Shown: positions 54,507 through 64,000 of the stretch, piece after piece
Layout: every line of letters starts with the position of its first letter
Position numbering within the stretch: position 1 is the stretch's first letter
Origin: Microcoleus sp.
Lineage (GTDB): Bacteria > Cyanobacteriota > Cyanobacteriia > Cyanobacteriales > Microcoleaceae
Assembly: GCA_052279835.1 (NCBI GenBank)
Contig: CP181291.1
Coordinates: 128,001-192,000 of the forward strand
DNA length: 64,000 bases
Direction: 5' to 3'
Program-made: the position numbers and the translations under genes
The notes under the pieces: model-generated
The model's database searches: none
What the model was told of the DNA's origin: nothing
The model's input: only the letters and a program-made list of their open reading frames with translations

Positions 54507-55775
54507 GTGAGTCCACAAACCTTACTAAAAGAACCCTTAGTCCAATCCGAAGCTAGTCCGTTTAGTTCCGAGAGCTTTGATAAATATGTAATGACCACCT
54601 ACGGGCGCTTTCAAATCGCCCTAGAACGGGGCGAAGGTTGCCGTGTTTGGGATACCCAAGGCCGCGAATATCTGGATTTTGTCGCTGGCATTGCGACTTG
54701 TACTCTGGGACACGCTCATCCGGCACTAATTGAGGCTGTAACCAAGCAAATTCAAACGCTACACCACGTTTCTAACCTTTATTATATTCCAGTACAAGGT
54801 GAGCTGGCACATTGGCTGGTAGACCATTCTTGTGCCGATCGCGTTTTCTTTTGCAACTCCGGGGCAGAAGCAAATGAAGCAGCGATTAAACTCGCCCGCA
54901 AGTATGCTCACGAAAAATTAAATATCTCTAATCCGACTATCATCACCGCCCATGCTAGTTTCCACGGGCGCACCCTGGCGACAATTACTGCAACGGGACA
55001 GCCGAAATACCAAAAGGGTTTTAGTCCTCTGATGCCGGGATTTCATTACGTGCCTTACAATGACATTGCTGCCCTGGAACAGGCGATCGCAGAACTGGAC
55101 AAAGATGAACGCCAAGTCGCTGCCATTATGATGGAAGCGCTGCAAGGAGAAGGTGGAGTTCGCCCCGGTGATGTCGCTTACTTCCAACGAATTCGGGAAA
55201 TTTGCGACGAAAAAGGTATTTTGCTGATTCTCGATGAAGTGCAAGTCGGGATGGGACGCAGTGGTAAATATTGGGGCTACGAAAATCTTGGTATTGAGCC
55301 GGATATCTTTACTTCTGCTAAGGGCTTGGGTGGCGGTATCCCGATCGGCGCCATGATGTGCAAATCGAGCTGCGATGTATTTGAACCGGGAAGTCACGCT
55401 AGCACCTTCGGCGGCAATCCCTTTGCTTGTGCTGTGGCTTTGTGTGTTTGCCAAACTTTAGAACGGGAAAATATTCTCGAAAATGTACAGCAACGCGGGG
55501 AACAGTTGAGAGATGGACTCAACAAGATGGCCGCCCAATATCCCAATTTAATCGCTGATGTGCGGGGCTGGGGGTTGATTAATGGTCTGGAATTACAAGC
55601 TGATATCCCCCTGACATCCGCTGATATCGTGAAATCGGCGATCGCCGCTGGTGTGCTGTTAGTTCCCGCAGGACCGAAAGTGCTGAGGTTTGTGCCACCA
55701 CTGATTGTCACAGAGGCTGAAGTAGCCCAAGCTTTGGCAGCCGTGGAAAAAGCCCTTGCTTCCCAATCGGTTTAG
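54507..55775 (+). CDS. argD: Acetylornithine aminotransferase
   Basis: NSGAEANE, FHGRT, DEVQVG, SAKGLGGG, HASTFGGNP. Confidence 0.95.
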   Translation: MSPQTLLKEPLVQSEASPFSSESFDKYVMTTYGRFQIALERGEGCRVWDTQGREYLDFVAGIATCTLGHAHPALIEAVTKQIQTLHHVSNLYYIPVQGELAHWLVDHSCADRVFFCNSGAEANEAAIKLARKYAHEKLNISNPTIITAHASFHGRTLATITATGQPKYQKGFSPLMPGFHYVPYNDIAALEQAIAELDKDERQVAAIMMEALQGEGGVRPGDVAYFQRIREICDEKGILLILDEVQVGMGRSGKYWGYENLGIEPDIFTSAKGLGGGIPIGAMMCKSSCDVFEPGSHASTFGGNPFACAVALCVCQTLERENILENVQQRGEQLRDGLNKMAAQYPNLIADVRGWGLINGLELQADIPLTSADIVKSAIAAGVLLVPAGPKVLRFVPPLIVTEAEVAQALAAVEKALASQSV

Positions 55776-55880
55776 TAAATCGACTGTTGTTTATGAAAGT
55801 CGGGATGGGATATTCCCACGACTATAAACATACATCGAGGGAAGATAAGACTGCTGGTGGCGCATCTCAATGAAGTGTCA

Positions 55881-55917
55881 AGAATTCTCGCCCTTGAGTC
55901 GAAAGGGAGTATATCAA
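55881..55917 (+). mobile_element. Degenerate solo IS200/IS605-type right end
   Basis: AGAATTCTCGCCCTTGAGTCGAAAGGGAGTATATCAA parallels the tnpB end AGAATCTCCG...GGAGAGTGTCAA. Confidence 0.45.
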
Positions 55918-56079
55918 AATCGCAACACCATTGAGTTGATTCGGAATTTGATAGTTTTGAGGGGCTTCTTCCCAGTCTTGCTAAGCTGGGGGAAGCCTTT
56001 GTTTATATTTCCCGATTTCCTGATTTAATTGGCTGCACGGGGGAGTAATCCTATCGTTAATAGTTCGGCGGAATTCACG

Positions 56080-59000
56080 ATGGACGAACAGCGTCGCAAA
56101 ACTGATCTTAATATGCTCCGAGCGCTGCTGGAAAATCCTGGGGACTCAGGAACAGATTTGATTTTGAAGATTGACTCAAAGTCGATCGACTCTGAGTCTG
56201 TGGAAACGCTTTACTTAGAAGTGCCGCCACTGACACCAGAAGGTTTAGTCAAAGCGGCAAAATTTTTTCAGAGGGTGATTGCACCCTTAGAGCAAGCGCG
56301 GGAAAATGCTCAATTACCAGCCACCCCCCAAGCCTATCTCACTTTTTTAGCAGAAGTATTGCAGACAGTCAGCCGCAGCCCTGACTTGCACCAAGTCTAC
56401 CCCCTGCTGAGAAACAATTTAGACAAACTTGACCAGAACTTCGCCCAACTACTGCGCCAGTGGGCAAGTTCGGTACTGCCGGTGGCGACTTCTGTTGAGA
56501 CAAGACGCCTAGGCGCCCTGATTGGCAATTTGAGCAAAGCCATCGGGCGGTTTCCCCTGGGTAATAAGGCAAATAATTTGGAAATCGAAATAGCAGGTTA
56601 TGAAACAGTAGCTAAGGTGTTTACTCGCTCTTATTTTCCCCAAGATTGGGCGGTGCTGCAAAATAATCTGGGTAATGCTTACAGCGATCGCCTCAAGGGC
56701 GATCGGGCCCAAAATCTGGAACAAGCCATCGCTTGTTTTAAAAATGCTCTACAAGTTCGGACTCCCGAAAAGTACCCCGAACAGTGGGCGATGCTGCAAA
56801 ACAATCTGGGTAATGCTTACACCGATCGTCTCCGGGGAGATCCTGCAGATAATCAGGAGAAGGCGATCGATTGCTATCAAAATGCCTTGCTAGTCCGCAC
56901 CCGCGAGATATTCGGCGGAGAGTGGGCCAGCACTCAAAATAATCTCGGCCGCGCTTACAGTCGCCGACTCCGAGGAGACAGGGCCCAAAATTTGGAACTG
57001 GCGATCGCTTGCTACTACAATGCCTTGCAAGTCTACAACCGCAAGTTGTCTCCCCGCCGCTGGGCCACAACTCAAAATAATTTGGCTAATGCTTATTGCG
57101 CTCGCCTACGGGGAAATCGAGCCGAAAACCTGGAATACGCTATCAACTGTTATCAAAGAGCTCTGGAAATACGCACTAGGGAAGGTTTTCCCGTTCAGTG
57201 GGCGACGACTCAAAGTAATTTGGGTCGGGTATTCATCGATCGCATCAAAGGTGACAGAATCGAAAATTTGGAAATGGCGATCGCCTGCTATCTTGATGCT
57301 TTACAAGTTCATAGTAGGCAAAAATTTCCCGAACGATGGGCGACACTACAAACTTACCTCGGCAAAGCCTACAGCCTACGACTCAAAGGTGAAAAAGCTG
57401 ACAATATCGAATTAGTAATTAGTTGCTATCAAAATGCTTTGCTCTTTTGCAATCGCCAAAAGTTTCCTGAACGTTGGGCGATGTTGTGCGCTTACCTTGG
57501 CCGCGCTTTGAGCGAACATCTCAAAGGGGAAAGAAACCGCAACCTCAAAAGTGCGATCGCCTGCTATCAAAATGCTTTGAAAGTATACACTCGCAAAAAC
57601 TCTCCAGAGCGTTGGGCGATGCTGCAAAACCATTTGGGTCAAGCTTTTTGTGAATTGACGGATACCGAAAGCTCGTCTCACCTTCAAACGGCGATCGCCT
57701 GTTATCACAATGCAGGCCAAGTCTACACTCGCGAAACTTATCCCCACCGCTGGGCTCAAACTTTGTTTTATTTGGGTCAGGCTCACCGACTTAACGGTCA
57801 ATTGCTCCGAGCTTACAGTGTTTTTGCTGCTGCTGTCGATACTGTGGAATTCTTGCGCTGCGAAGCTACGGTTGATTTGTTTGATGCCGGCGATCGATCG
57901 ATGCCCCAGAAGCTAAAATTTACTCGCACCTGGACTCGACTCTACAAAGCCCTGGTACAAGTTTGCCTGGAACTGGGCGCAACTAAACCGGGCTATTATG
58001 CCAAAGCGCTGGAATACACAGAACGCCACAAAGCTCTGAATTTGGTAGAACTGCTGGTGAAATGCCAACTAACTCCTAAAGGCGACATCCCCCCAATCAT
58101 TCGAGAGGAGTTGGAGTGCTTGCGACGGGAAATTATGGCCCAACAGCAGCACCAAGAACAGGGAGTTACTGATGGTGTGAGTGTCCTGATTTCCCCTGGG
58201 GATGATAGCCAAGGTTTGAACAGTGGTTCGCTGTTGGGGAACTCGGATTGTACGCACCTCAATCAACTCTGGCAGCAGTTGGACGGGTTGATAGCTAGGG
58301 AAGTGGAGCCAAAAGACCCTTTCTTGAGTTTAGTTCGTAAAGTTCAACCGATCGGGTTTCACGAAATTCGGGAATTGTTACCGGATGACAATTGTGCTGC
58401 GGTGGTGTGGGCTAGTTTGGGGGAGGTATTAGTCGCTTTTGTGGTTCTGAGTGATGCCACATCTCCCGCTGTACACGTATGTTCGACCAAAAATGCTTTG
58501 GATCTCGAAAATTGGATATCAGAGTACCATAGCGCTTATTCTGACCAAAAAGGTCGCTGGATCAATCAGCTCCAGGCTAGACTCAACCGCTTGGCCACGT
58601 TGCTGGAAATAGACCAAGTAGTTTCCCTGGTGCCGGAAAATTGCGATCGGCTAATTTTTGTACCACACCGATTTTTACACGGTTTGCCCCTCCACGCTTT
58701 GCCCCTGGGGATGGGAGAGTTATTTTTTGAGGGCGCGACAAATTCTCGGTTTCCCGGAGTCGAGCGTACCGGTTCGGATTTGGATACCATGATCGGTTCA
58801 GACTTTTCTCAAGGTTCGGCTTTTAACAACCTACAACCACCTGGTACTTATTTGATCGATCGATTTGCCGGAGGAATTCGTTATGCTCCTACCTGTCAGC
58901 TATGGCGGTTGACACAAATTACGCGCAGCGCTGCTATTGGTAGATATCGACCCCGATTGCAGCAACTGGTAGCAGTTCCCAATTTTAATAAAGATGGTCT

Positions 59001-59712
59001 CTACAGCAATATTGAAGTCGCCCATATTTGCCAATATTTTTCCAGTGCGGAAGTTTTGCGTCCTAAGCAGATCAACAAACAAGCTGTTAAGAGTGCTGTT
59101 GCTGCTAATCTGCATGGGGATATAGCAGTAACAACAGGACAGTTATCCTCGAAAAAAGTCGCTCATTTTGCTTGTTTAGCCTTGCAGAATTTGGCTTACC
59201 CTCTGAAATCATGTTTATCTTTTCAAGATGATTGTTTGACTTTAGAGGAAATTTTTAATTGGGATTTTCGGCAATACTTTTTAGTCACTTTATCGGCTTG
59301 CGAAAATGACAAAAGTGGAGTCAGCTATGATGGTGAATGTGTGGGATTTGCGGCGGCATTGCTCTATGCTGGCACATCTAGTGTTGTCAGGAGTCTGTGG
59401 AAGGTAAATGATGTTTCGACGCTGCTGCTGATGAGCAAATTTTATGAAAATCTGGCCAATTTTCCGAGGTTGCAAACGGGAGATGTGGCTAACGCCCTCA
59501 ATCATGCTCAAAGGTGGCTGCGAGATTTGAATGGCGAGGATTTGGATCTGCTGCTGGCTGATTTTCAACCTCAAATTTCCCAAATGTTCGACAGACTTCC
59601 TCAAAGTTCTCGCCTTAGTGCTGAAGCTTCTTTGCAACAAATTCGTAATCGCAAGCCTCATCCTTTTGCTAATCCTTATTACTGGGCTGCATTTACGGCT
59701 GCTGGGGTTTAG
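56080..59712 (+). CDS. TPR-CHAT domain protein
   Basis: ~40-aa WAxxQNNLGxAY TPR repeats; FVPHRFLHGLPLHALP, VTLSAC, SLWKV, PYYWAAF. Confidence 0.92.
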   Translation: MDEQRRKTDLNMLRALLENPGDSGTDLILKIDSKSIDSESVETLYLEVPPLTPEGLVKAAKFFQRVIAPLEQARENAQLPATPQAYLTFLAEVLQTVSRSPDLHQVYPLLRNNLDKLDQNFAQLLRQWASSVLPVATSVETRRLGALIGNLSKAIGRFPLGNKANNLEIEIAGYETVAKVFTRSYFPQDWAVLQNNLGNAYSDRLKGDRAQNLEQAIACFKNALQVRTPEKYPEQWAMLQNNLGNAYTDRLRGDPADNQEKAIDCYQNALLVRTREIFGGEWASTQNNLGRAYSRRLRGDRAQNLELAIACYYNALQVYNRKLSPRRWATTQNNLANAYCARLRGNRAENLEYAINCYQRALEIRTREGFPVQWATTQSNLGRVFIDRIKGDRIENLEMAIACYLDALQVHSRQKFPERWATLQTYLGKAYSLRLKGEKADNIELVISCYQNALLFCNRQKFPERWAMLCAYLGRALSEHLKGERNRNLKSAIACYQNALKVYTRKNSPERWAMLQNHLGQAFCELTDTESSSHLQTAIACYHNAGQVYTRETYPHRWAQTLFYLGQAHRLNGQLLRAYSVFAAAVDTVEFLRCEATVDLFDAGDRSMPQKLKFTRTWTRLYKALVQVCLELGATKPGYYAKALEYTERHKALNLVELLVKCQLTPKGDIPPIIREELECLRREIMAQQQHQEQGVTDGVSVLISPGDDSQGLNSGSLLGNSDCTHLNQLWQQLDGLIAREVEPKDPFLSLVRKVQPIGFHEIRELLPDDNCAAVVWASLGEVLVAFVVLSDATSPAVHVCSTKNALDLENWISEYHSAYSDQKGRWINQLQARLNRLATLLEIDQVVSLVPENCDRLIFVPHRFLHGLPLHALPLGMGELFFEGATNSRFPGVERTGSDLDTMIGSDFSQGSAFNNLQPPGTYLIDRFAGGIRYAPTCQLWRLTQITRSAAIGRYRPRLQQLVAVPNFNKDGLYSNIEVAHICQYFSSAEVLRPKQINKQAVKSAVAANLHGDIAVTTGQLSSKKVAHFACLALQNLAYPLKSCLSFQDDCLTLEEIFNWDFRQYFLVTLSACENDKSGVSYDGECVGFAAALLYAGTSSVVRSLWKVNDVSTLLLMSKFYENLANFPRLQTGDVANALNHAQRWLRDLNGEDLDLLLADFQPQISQMFDRLPQSSRLSAEASLQQIRNRKPHPFANPYYWAAFTAAGV

Positions 59713-59786
59713 TTATTGGTTATTTGTTATGGGTTATTTGTTATTGGTTATTTGTTATTTGTTATTGGTTGTTGGTTATTTGTTAT
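59712..59786. repeat. STRR tract (TTATTGG/TTATTTG)
   Basis: Visible heptamers. Confidence 0.8.
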
Positions 59787-60045
59787 ATCAAATCCGGTAG
59801 CATCTGAATTATTAATATCTCTATTTTCTCTCTCTGTGTTCTCTGTGTTCTCTGTGGTTAAATCATTCCGATGCAACCATAAACGATATTATTCGGTATT
59901 GATTATTAGTTGGTTCCTATTACTAATATCAAATTTACTTGCCCCAGGCGCTATTCCGATAAAAAATCCATGAAAAACCCGACACCGACCAATTACTTAA
60001 AATTGTCAGTATCGGGTACAAATTCAACAATTTACCAACAAAATT

Positions 60046-62385
60046 TTAGGACTTTTTGCCAAAAACTTGTTCTTTTATGGCTTGAATTTCTTGACCTAAT
60101 TGTTGACGGTTGGAAGAACGCAACAAATACCGATAGACAAACCATATGGTATATCCAATACCTATTAGCTCAAAAGTCGGTGCTAACAGAGGAATGTCAT
60201 TGAGTTCGTCTACTACGCCCAAAAGCACTTTCAAAGAGATAATCGAGGCAAAAATTAAACCGACGACTGTCAGCGGACTTTTGTACTGCTCGTAAAAGGC
60301 GCCGATGTAAGCAGGAAGCTCAGACAAAATTGAGATCACTTGTTCTTTGATCTGCTGAGCTTGACTGGGAGCTTCTTCGGTGACAGTAACTTTGGTAGTA
60401 CCGATCGAACTTTCAGTCTCATTACCCACTGGAATTTCGGTGATGATCACAGTTGTTTCTGGTTCGTTTGATGAAGTCATTTCTTCACTCGCAATAGTTT
60501 TTGGCTGATTAGCAGCAGGTATTTCAACTGCTGCTACGACTGTTGCAACAGGCGATATTTCGACTGCTACAACAGACGATCCGACTGTTTCCACTGTTGG
60601 TGCTTCGACTACTGTAACTTCTACTGCTGGTTCAACAGTCGGAGGTTCGACTGCTGTAACTTCCACTGCTGGTTCAACCACCGGGGTTTCGACGGTTTCT
60701 TGCACCGCAGTTGCGACTCCTGAAACCTCTGGTGCTGATGATGGTTCAACCACCGGAGTTTCGACTGCTGTAACTTCCACTGCTGGTTCTATAACCGGGG
60801 TTTCGATAGTTTCAATAGTCGGTGTTGCGACTGTTGAAATCTCCACTGCTTGGTGTTCCAGGGCGGGAGTTTCAGGAGGAGTTTCGGCTTTTGAGGTTTC
60901 TGGGGTAGGAGTTTGGGTAACTGCACCAACAACGGGTAAATTCAAGTTATTAAGAGCTGTTTGTAAGCGGTCTCGATCCGTTCCTCGCTGGTGAAGGATT
61001 ACCCAAGATTCTATCAGGTCGGGGCCGTGCATTGCGCCGGTCAAAGCCGCTCGGAGCGATCGCATAATTAGCCCTTTGTTAAGATTTTTCTCTTTACTGA
61101 GCTTTTTAGTGATTTTCTGAGCTTCGGCTGATGTCAGGGTTGCATGACTTTCCACAACTTCTAGAACAGCTTGCAAAGCTTCTGCGACTTTTGGCTGCTG
61201 CAATTGTGCGATCGCCTCTTCTTCATATTCCACCGCTGTGGAGAAGAATACCTTGCACATATCAACAGCATCAGTGAGGCGCACCAGACTCTGACTGATT
61301 AAAGTAGCTATTTGTTCGAGCCTTGGGCGATCGGCCACAGCATCAAACTCATAACCGGCTTTCTGCCAATAAGGTATCAGTAAATCAGTCAATTGTGGCA
61401 CCGGCATTTTGTGCAGGTATTGACTATTGAGCCAATTTAGTTTATCCCAATCAAATTTTGCACCAGCTTTATTAACTCGATCGCAATTAAATACTGTGGC
61501 TGCTTCCGACAATGTAAATATTTCTTGCGTAGAATCCGGCGGAGTCCAACCAAGCAAAGTCATGTAATTGACCAAAGCTTCCGGGACATAACCCATATCT
61601 TTAAAGTCAGAAATCGACGTCACCCCATCCCGTTTAGAAAGTTTTTGCCCTTGAGAATTTAAAATCAGCGGCGTGTGGGCAAATTCTGGGATTGTCGCGC
61701 CCAAAGCTTCGTAGAGCAAAATTTGTTTGGGAGTATTACCAATATGATCTTCACCACGGATGACGTGACTAATCGCCATATCGATATCATCAACGACTAC
61801 AGCGAGGTTGTAGAGAGGTTGACCAATGTCGCCGGTGGTGGAAGCCCTAGCAATTACCATATCCCCGCCGAGGTCGCTACCTTTCCAACTCACAGTGCCG
61901 CGGACCATATCTTGCCAAGATATAGTGCGATCGTCATCAATCATGAAACGAATCACAGCTTGCCGCCCTTCGGCTTCAAAAGCTTGTCGCTGTTCGGCGG
62001 TGAGATGGCGGTGGCGATTATCATAGCGCGGAGCCTGCTTGTTGGCTTTTTGTGCTTCCCGCATTTCGTCTAGTTCCGCCGAGGTGGTGTAGCAGCGGTA
62101 GGCGAGTCCTTTATCGAGGAGAGTTTGAACAGTTTGTCGGTAGAGGTCCAAACGCTGAGACTGAAAAGAAGGGCCTTCATCCCAGTTCATTCCCAGCCAA
62201 GTGAGTCCTTCGAGAATATTGTCGGTGTATTCACTTTTGGAACGTTCTAAGTCTGTGTCTTCTACCCGCAGGATAAATTTGCCGCCTTGGTTACGGGCAA
62301 ACAGCCAGTTGAATACGGCGGTTCGGGCGGTACCGATGTGGAGGTTTCCGGTGGGACTGGGGGCTAGACGGACTCTGACGTTCAT
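60046..62385 (-). CDS. gltX: Glutamate-tRNA ligase with long acidic linker and C-terminal CAAD membrane anchor
   Basis: [22 protein letters not shown]-terminal [25 protein letters not shown]. Confidence 0.97.
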   Translation of the reverse strand: MNVRVRLAPSPTGNLHIGTARTAVFNWLFARNQGGKFILRVEDTDLERSKSEYTDNILEGLTWLGMNWDEGPSFQSQRLDLYRQTVQTLLDKGLAYRCYTTSAELDEMREAQKANKQAPRYDNRHRHLTAEQRQAFEAEGRQAVIRFMIDDDRTISWQDMVRGTVSWKGSDLGGDMVIARASTTGDIGQPLYNLAVVVDDIDMAISHVIRGEDHIGNTPKQILLYEALGATIPEFAHTPLILNSQGQKLSKRDGVTSISDFKDMGYVPEALVNYMTLLGWTPPDSTQEIFTLSEAATVFNCDRVNKAGAKFDWDKLNWLNSQYLHKMPVPQLTDLLIPYWQKAGYEFDAVADRPRLEQIATLISQSLVRLTDAVDMCKVFFSTAVEYEEEAIAQLQQPKVAEALQAVLEVVESHATLTSAEAQKITKKLSKEKNLNKGLIMRSLRAALTGAMHGPDLIESWVILHQRGTDRDRLQTALNNLNLPVVGAVTQTPTPETSKAETPPETPALEHQAVEISTVATPTIETIETPVIEPAVEVTAVETPVVEPSSAPEVSGVATAVQETVETPVVEPAVEVTAVEPPTVEPAVEVTVVEAPTVETVGSSVVAVEISPVATVVAAVEIPAANQPKTIASEEMTSSNEPETTVIITEIPVGNETESSIGTTKVTVTEEAPSQAQQIKEQVISILSELPAYIGAFYEQYKSPLTVVGLIFASIISLKVLLGVVDELNDIPLLAPTFELIGIGYTIWFVYRYLLRSSNRQQLGQEIQAIKEQVFGKKS

Positions 62386-62490
62386 GTAGATTTTTGCTTT
62401 TAGATTGGGTGCGATTTACTGGCGCTTGACTTTGCTGTTGCTCAGAATACAAATTTTAGTATATTTTGTCGCTAATCAAATTCACTCTTT

Positions 62491-62618
62491 GTAGAACAGG
62501 CATCTTGCCTGTTAAGCAAGAATAGTGCAGGTTGTAGAACAGGCATCTTGCCTGTTAAGCAAGAATGGTGCAGGTTGTAGAACAGGCATCTTGCCTGTTA
62601 AGCAAGAATGGTGCAGGA
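62491..62618. repeat. 3 x 43-bp tandem GTAGAACAGGCATCTTGCCTGTT palindrome
   Basis: Units at 62491, 62534, 62577. Confidence 0.92.
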
Positions 62619-62720
62619 TATGAGTTTGAGTATAGGGTCATCGAGCGATCGAGCTACAGTTTTCGGCAACGCAGCAGACGACATCCTGATGATACTAGCA
62701 TTAAGGGCGATCGATCCTAA

Positions 62721-64000
62721 TTGACACTCTCCGGCGTAAAACGCACGGAGATTCTGAAGAAACTACCAAATGGCAATTCTTGAGGGCGCTGTCAAAACAC
62801 CCCTACCAACTCCGTCAAGGTCAAGCCCTAACATTGTCGCTACTTTTCTCAAAATGTTGGCTGCACCATTGCAGTCAGCATTGATATACCAGTTTTTCGC
62901 ACCCGTCCGGTACAAACCACGTTTTACCCGCCTACCAGTTTCCTTCCACCCATCAGGTTTTTCACCGATTGTAGGTAGAAAGTCACGGTCTACAAATGAT
63001 GCTTTAGACGTGTAACTTTCTTCGGTCTCAACGAACTTAATGCCGTGTTGTTCGCACAGTTGAGCGATTCGATTTTTTAATCGTGCTGTAGGAATTTGGA
63101 CAAAATTTTGATTGATATTTTTGCCCATATTGACAGAATCCTTCTGTCCTTTATTCCACCCAAAAACGATAACACCGATTTTGTTTTTGAGACAGTGATT
63201 GACGACTAAGCGAGCTGCTTTATTTACGGCATCACGCATTTGACGGTTTCGTTTTTCGGTTAATCGCGCCAATTGGTGCGACCAAAAACCATTATGTTTG
63301 CCCTCCATTAAAGTTGCTACCCGCTTGTTATACCAATGGTTGACCGACTTCAAGTGCTTGCCATCAACGATCAAGCTTGTCCCTGAGTTGCTGACACAAG
63401 TAAGCCAGTTATCAATACCATGATCGATACCTAAAGCTTTTCGAGCATCCCCGACAGCTTGGACACTAATTAACTTGTAAACAAAGTCGGCGTAAAAACA
63501 GCCATTCTTGGGGAGAATTCTAATTTCTCGAATATCGGCATAGTCTAAGTTGGAAGGCATGGGTACTTGAAAGTTCTTCAGCCCAAACCAAGCTTTTACT
63601 TTTTGTCCGAGAGGAATTGAAATTTGACCATCAATCAACTTTTTTCCAAGCGCTTGCTTCGGATAAGCGATCAAATGTAGTCCACCAGGAGTACGGTAAT
63701 TTGGGAACTTTGGCTTAAATTCAAGCTTACCTTCCCGAAATAATTTGATTAATCCTTTGAAAGATTTTACTGATTCACCAACAGCGCCACAAGTCTGTTG
63801 AGCAGCTTGAGCGCATAAAGCCCCGTAATGAGGATTGCGCTTTAATGCGTTGATTACGTCAAACGGACGAACGTAAGTATGAGCCTTAAAGTATATTTGA
63901 CGAGCGTAATAAACCGCACAATTGTGCAGTTTATTCGATTCTTGGCAAATGTATTCTAGAACCGCTTTGAGTTCTTTGTCAGGCTTGAGTAGTATCTGTT
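62721..64000 (-). mobile_element. IS200/IS605-family element (right end; continues beyond window)
   Basis: Subterminal hairpin CTCCG...CGGAG and terminal TCAA ~40 nt after the tnpB stop. Confidence 0.88.
62763..64000 (-). CDS. tnpB: RNA-guided endonuclease TnpB (5' partial)
   Basis: Frame is open to the window edge (QILLKPDKELKAVLEYICQESNKLHN...); LGIDHG, EESYTSK, NADCNGAANI. Confidence 0.95.
   Translation of the reverse strand, partial: QILLKPDKELKAVLEYICQESNKLHNCAVYYARQIYFKAHTYVRPFDVINALKRNPHYGALCAQAAQQTCGAVGESVKSFKGLIKLFREGKLEFKPKFPNYRTPGGLHLIAYPKQALGKKLIDGQISIPLGQKVKAWFGLKNFQVPMPSNLDYADIREIRILPKNGCFYADFVYKLISVQAVGDARKALGIDHGIDNWLTCVSNSGTSLIVDGKHLKSVNHWYNKRVATLMEGKHNGFWSHQLARLTEKRNRQMRDAVNKAARLVVNHCLKNKIGVIVFGWNKGQKDSVNMGKNINQNFVQIPTARLKNRIAQLCEQHGIKFVETEESYTSKASFVDRDFLPTIGEKPDGWKETGRRVKRGLYRTGAKNWYINADCNGAANILRKVATMLGLDLDGVGRGVLTAPSRIAIW

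Noticed and set aside
59716..59973. Hydrophobic small ORFs in STRR tracts (also 16573, 30556, 35353)
   Set aside because: Translation artefacts of heptamer repeats.
62491..62618. Mini-CRISPR next to TnpB (Cas12-like system)
   Set aside because: Spacers are near-identical, the unit is a dispersed REP also seen at 37216, and it lies outside the IS end at 62721.

Overview
64-kb chromosomal window from a filamentous cyanobacterium. The phylum is supported by psbP, psbU, an HLIP, a Rubisco-activase-like gene, abundant HIP1 (GCGATCGC) sites and heptamer STRR tracts; the Oscillatoriales/Microcoleus-like placement is inferred from repeat style. Housekeeping genes (eno, argC, cysA, hisF, nadB, def, ggt, argD, gltX-CAAD) are interspersed with accessory genes: a >2,000-aa DUF4347/RTX surface protein, an LRR-Roc-COR GTPase, a frameshifted CHASE2-PAS-GGDEF cyclase, a TPR-CHAT protein, a His-tailed ferrochelatase-like protein, an AT-rich cassette of orphan genes and an IS200/IS605 tnpB. 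Intergenic DNA is dense in REP-like palindromes and MITE-like elements. Best leads: (1) a 75-aa putative secreted peptide ending in ...YEPDPNGNPKSDGTGTR beside the CHASE2 cyclase, a possible peptide-ligand/c-di-GMP receptor pair; (2) a candidate structured leader RNA upstream of the chelatase; (3) IS4-like MITEs inserted in REP loops and carrying interchangeable repeat cargo; (4) a Roco gene whose near-identical LRR units each carry a HIP1 site, next to an 8 x 83-bp dimorphic array. No tRNA, rRNA or true CRISPR array was seen. All family assignments are by motif recognition, not database search.
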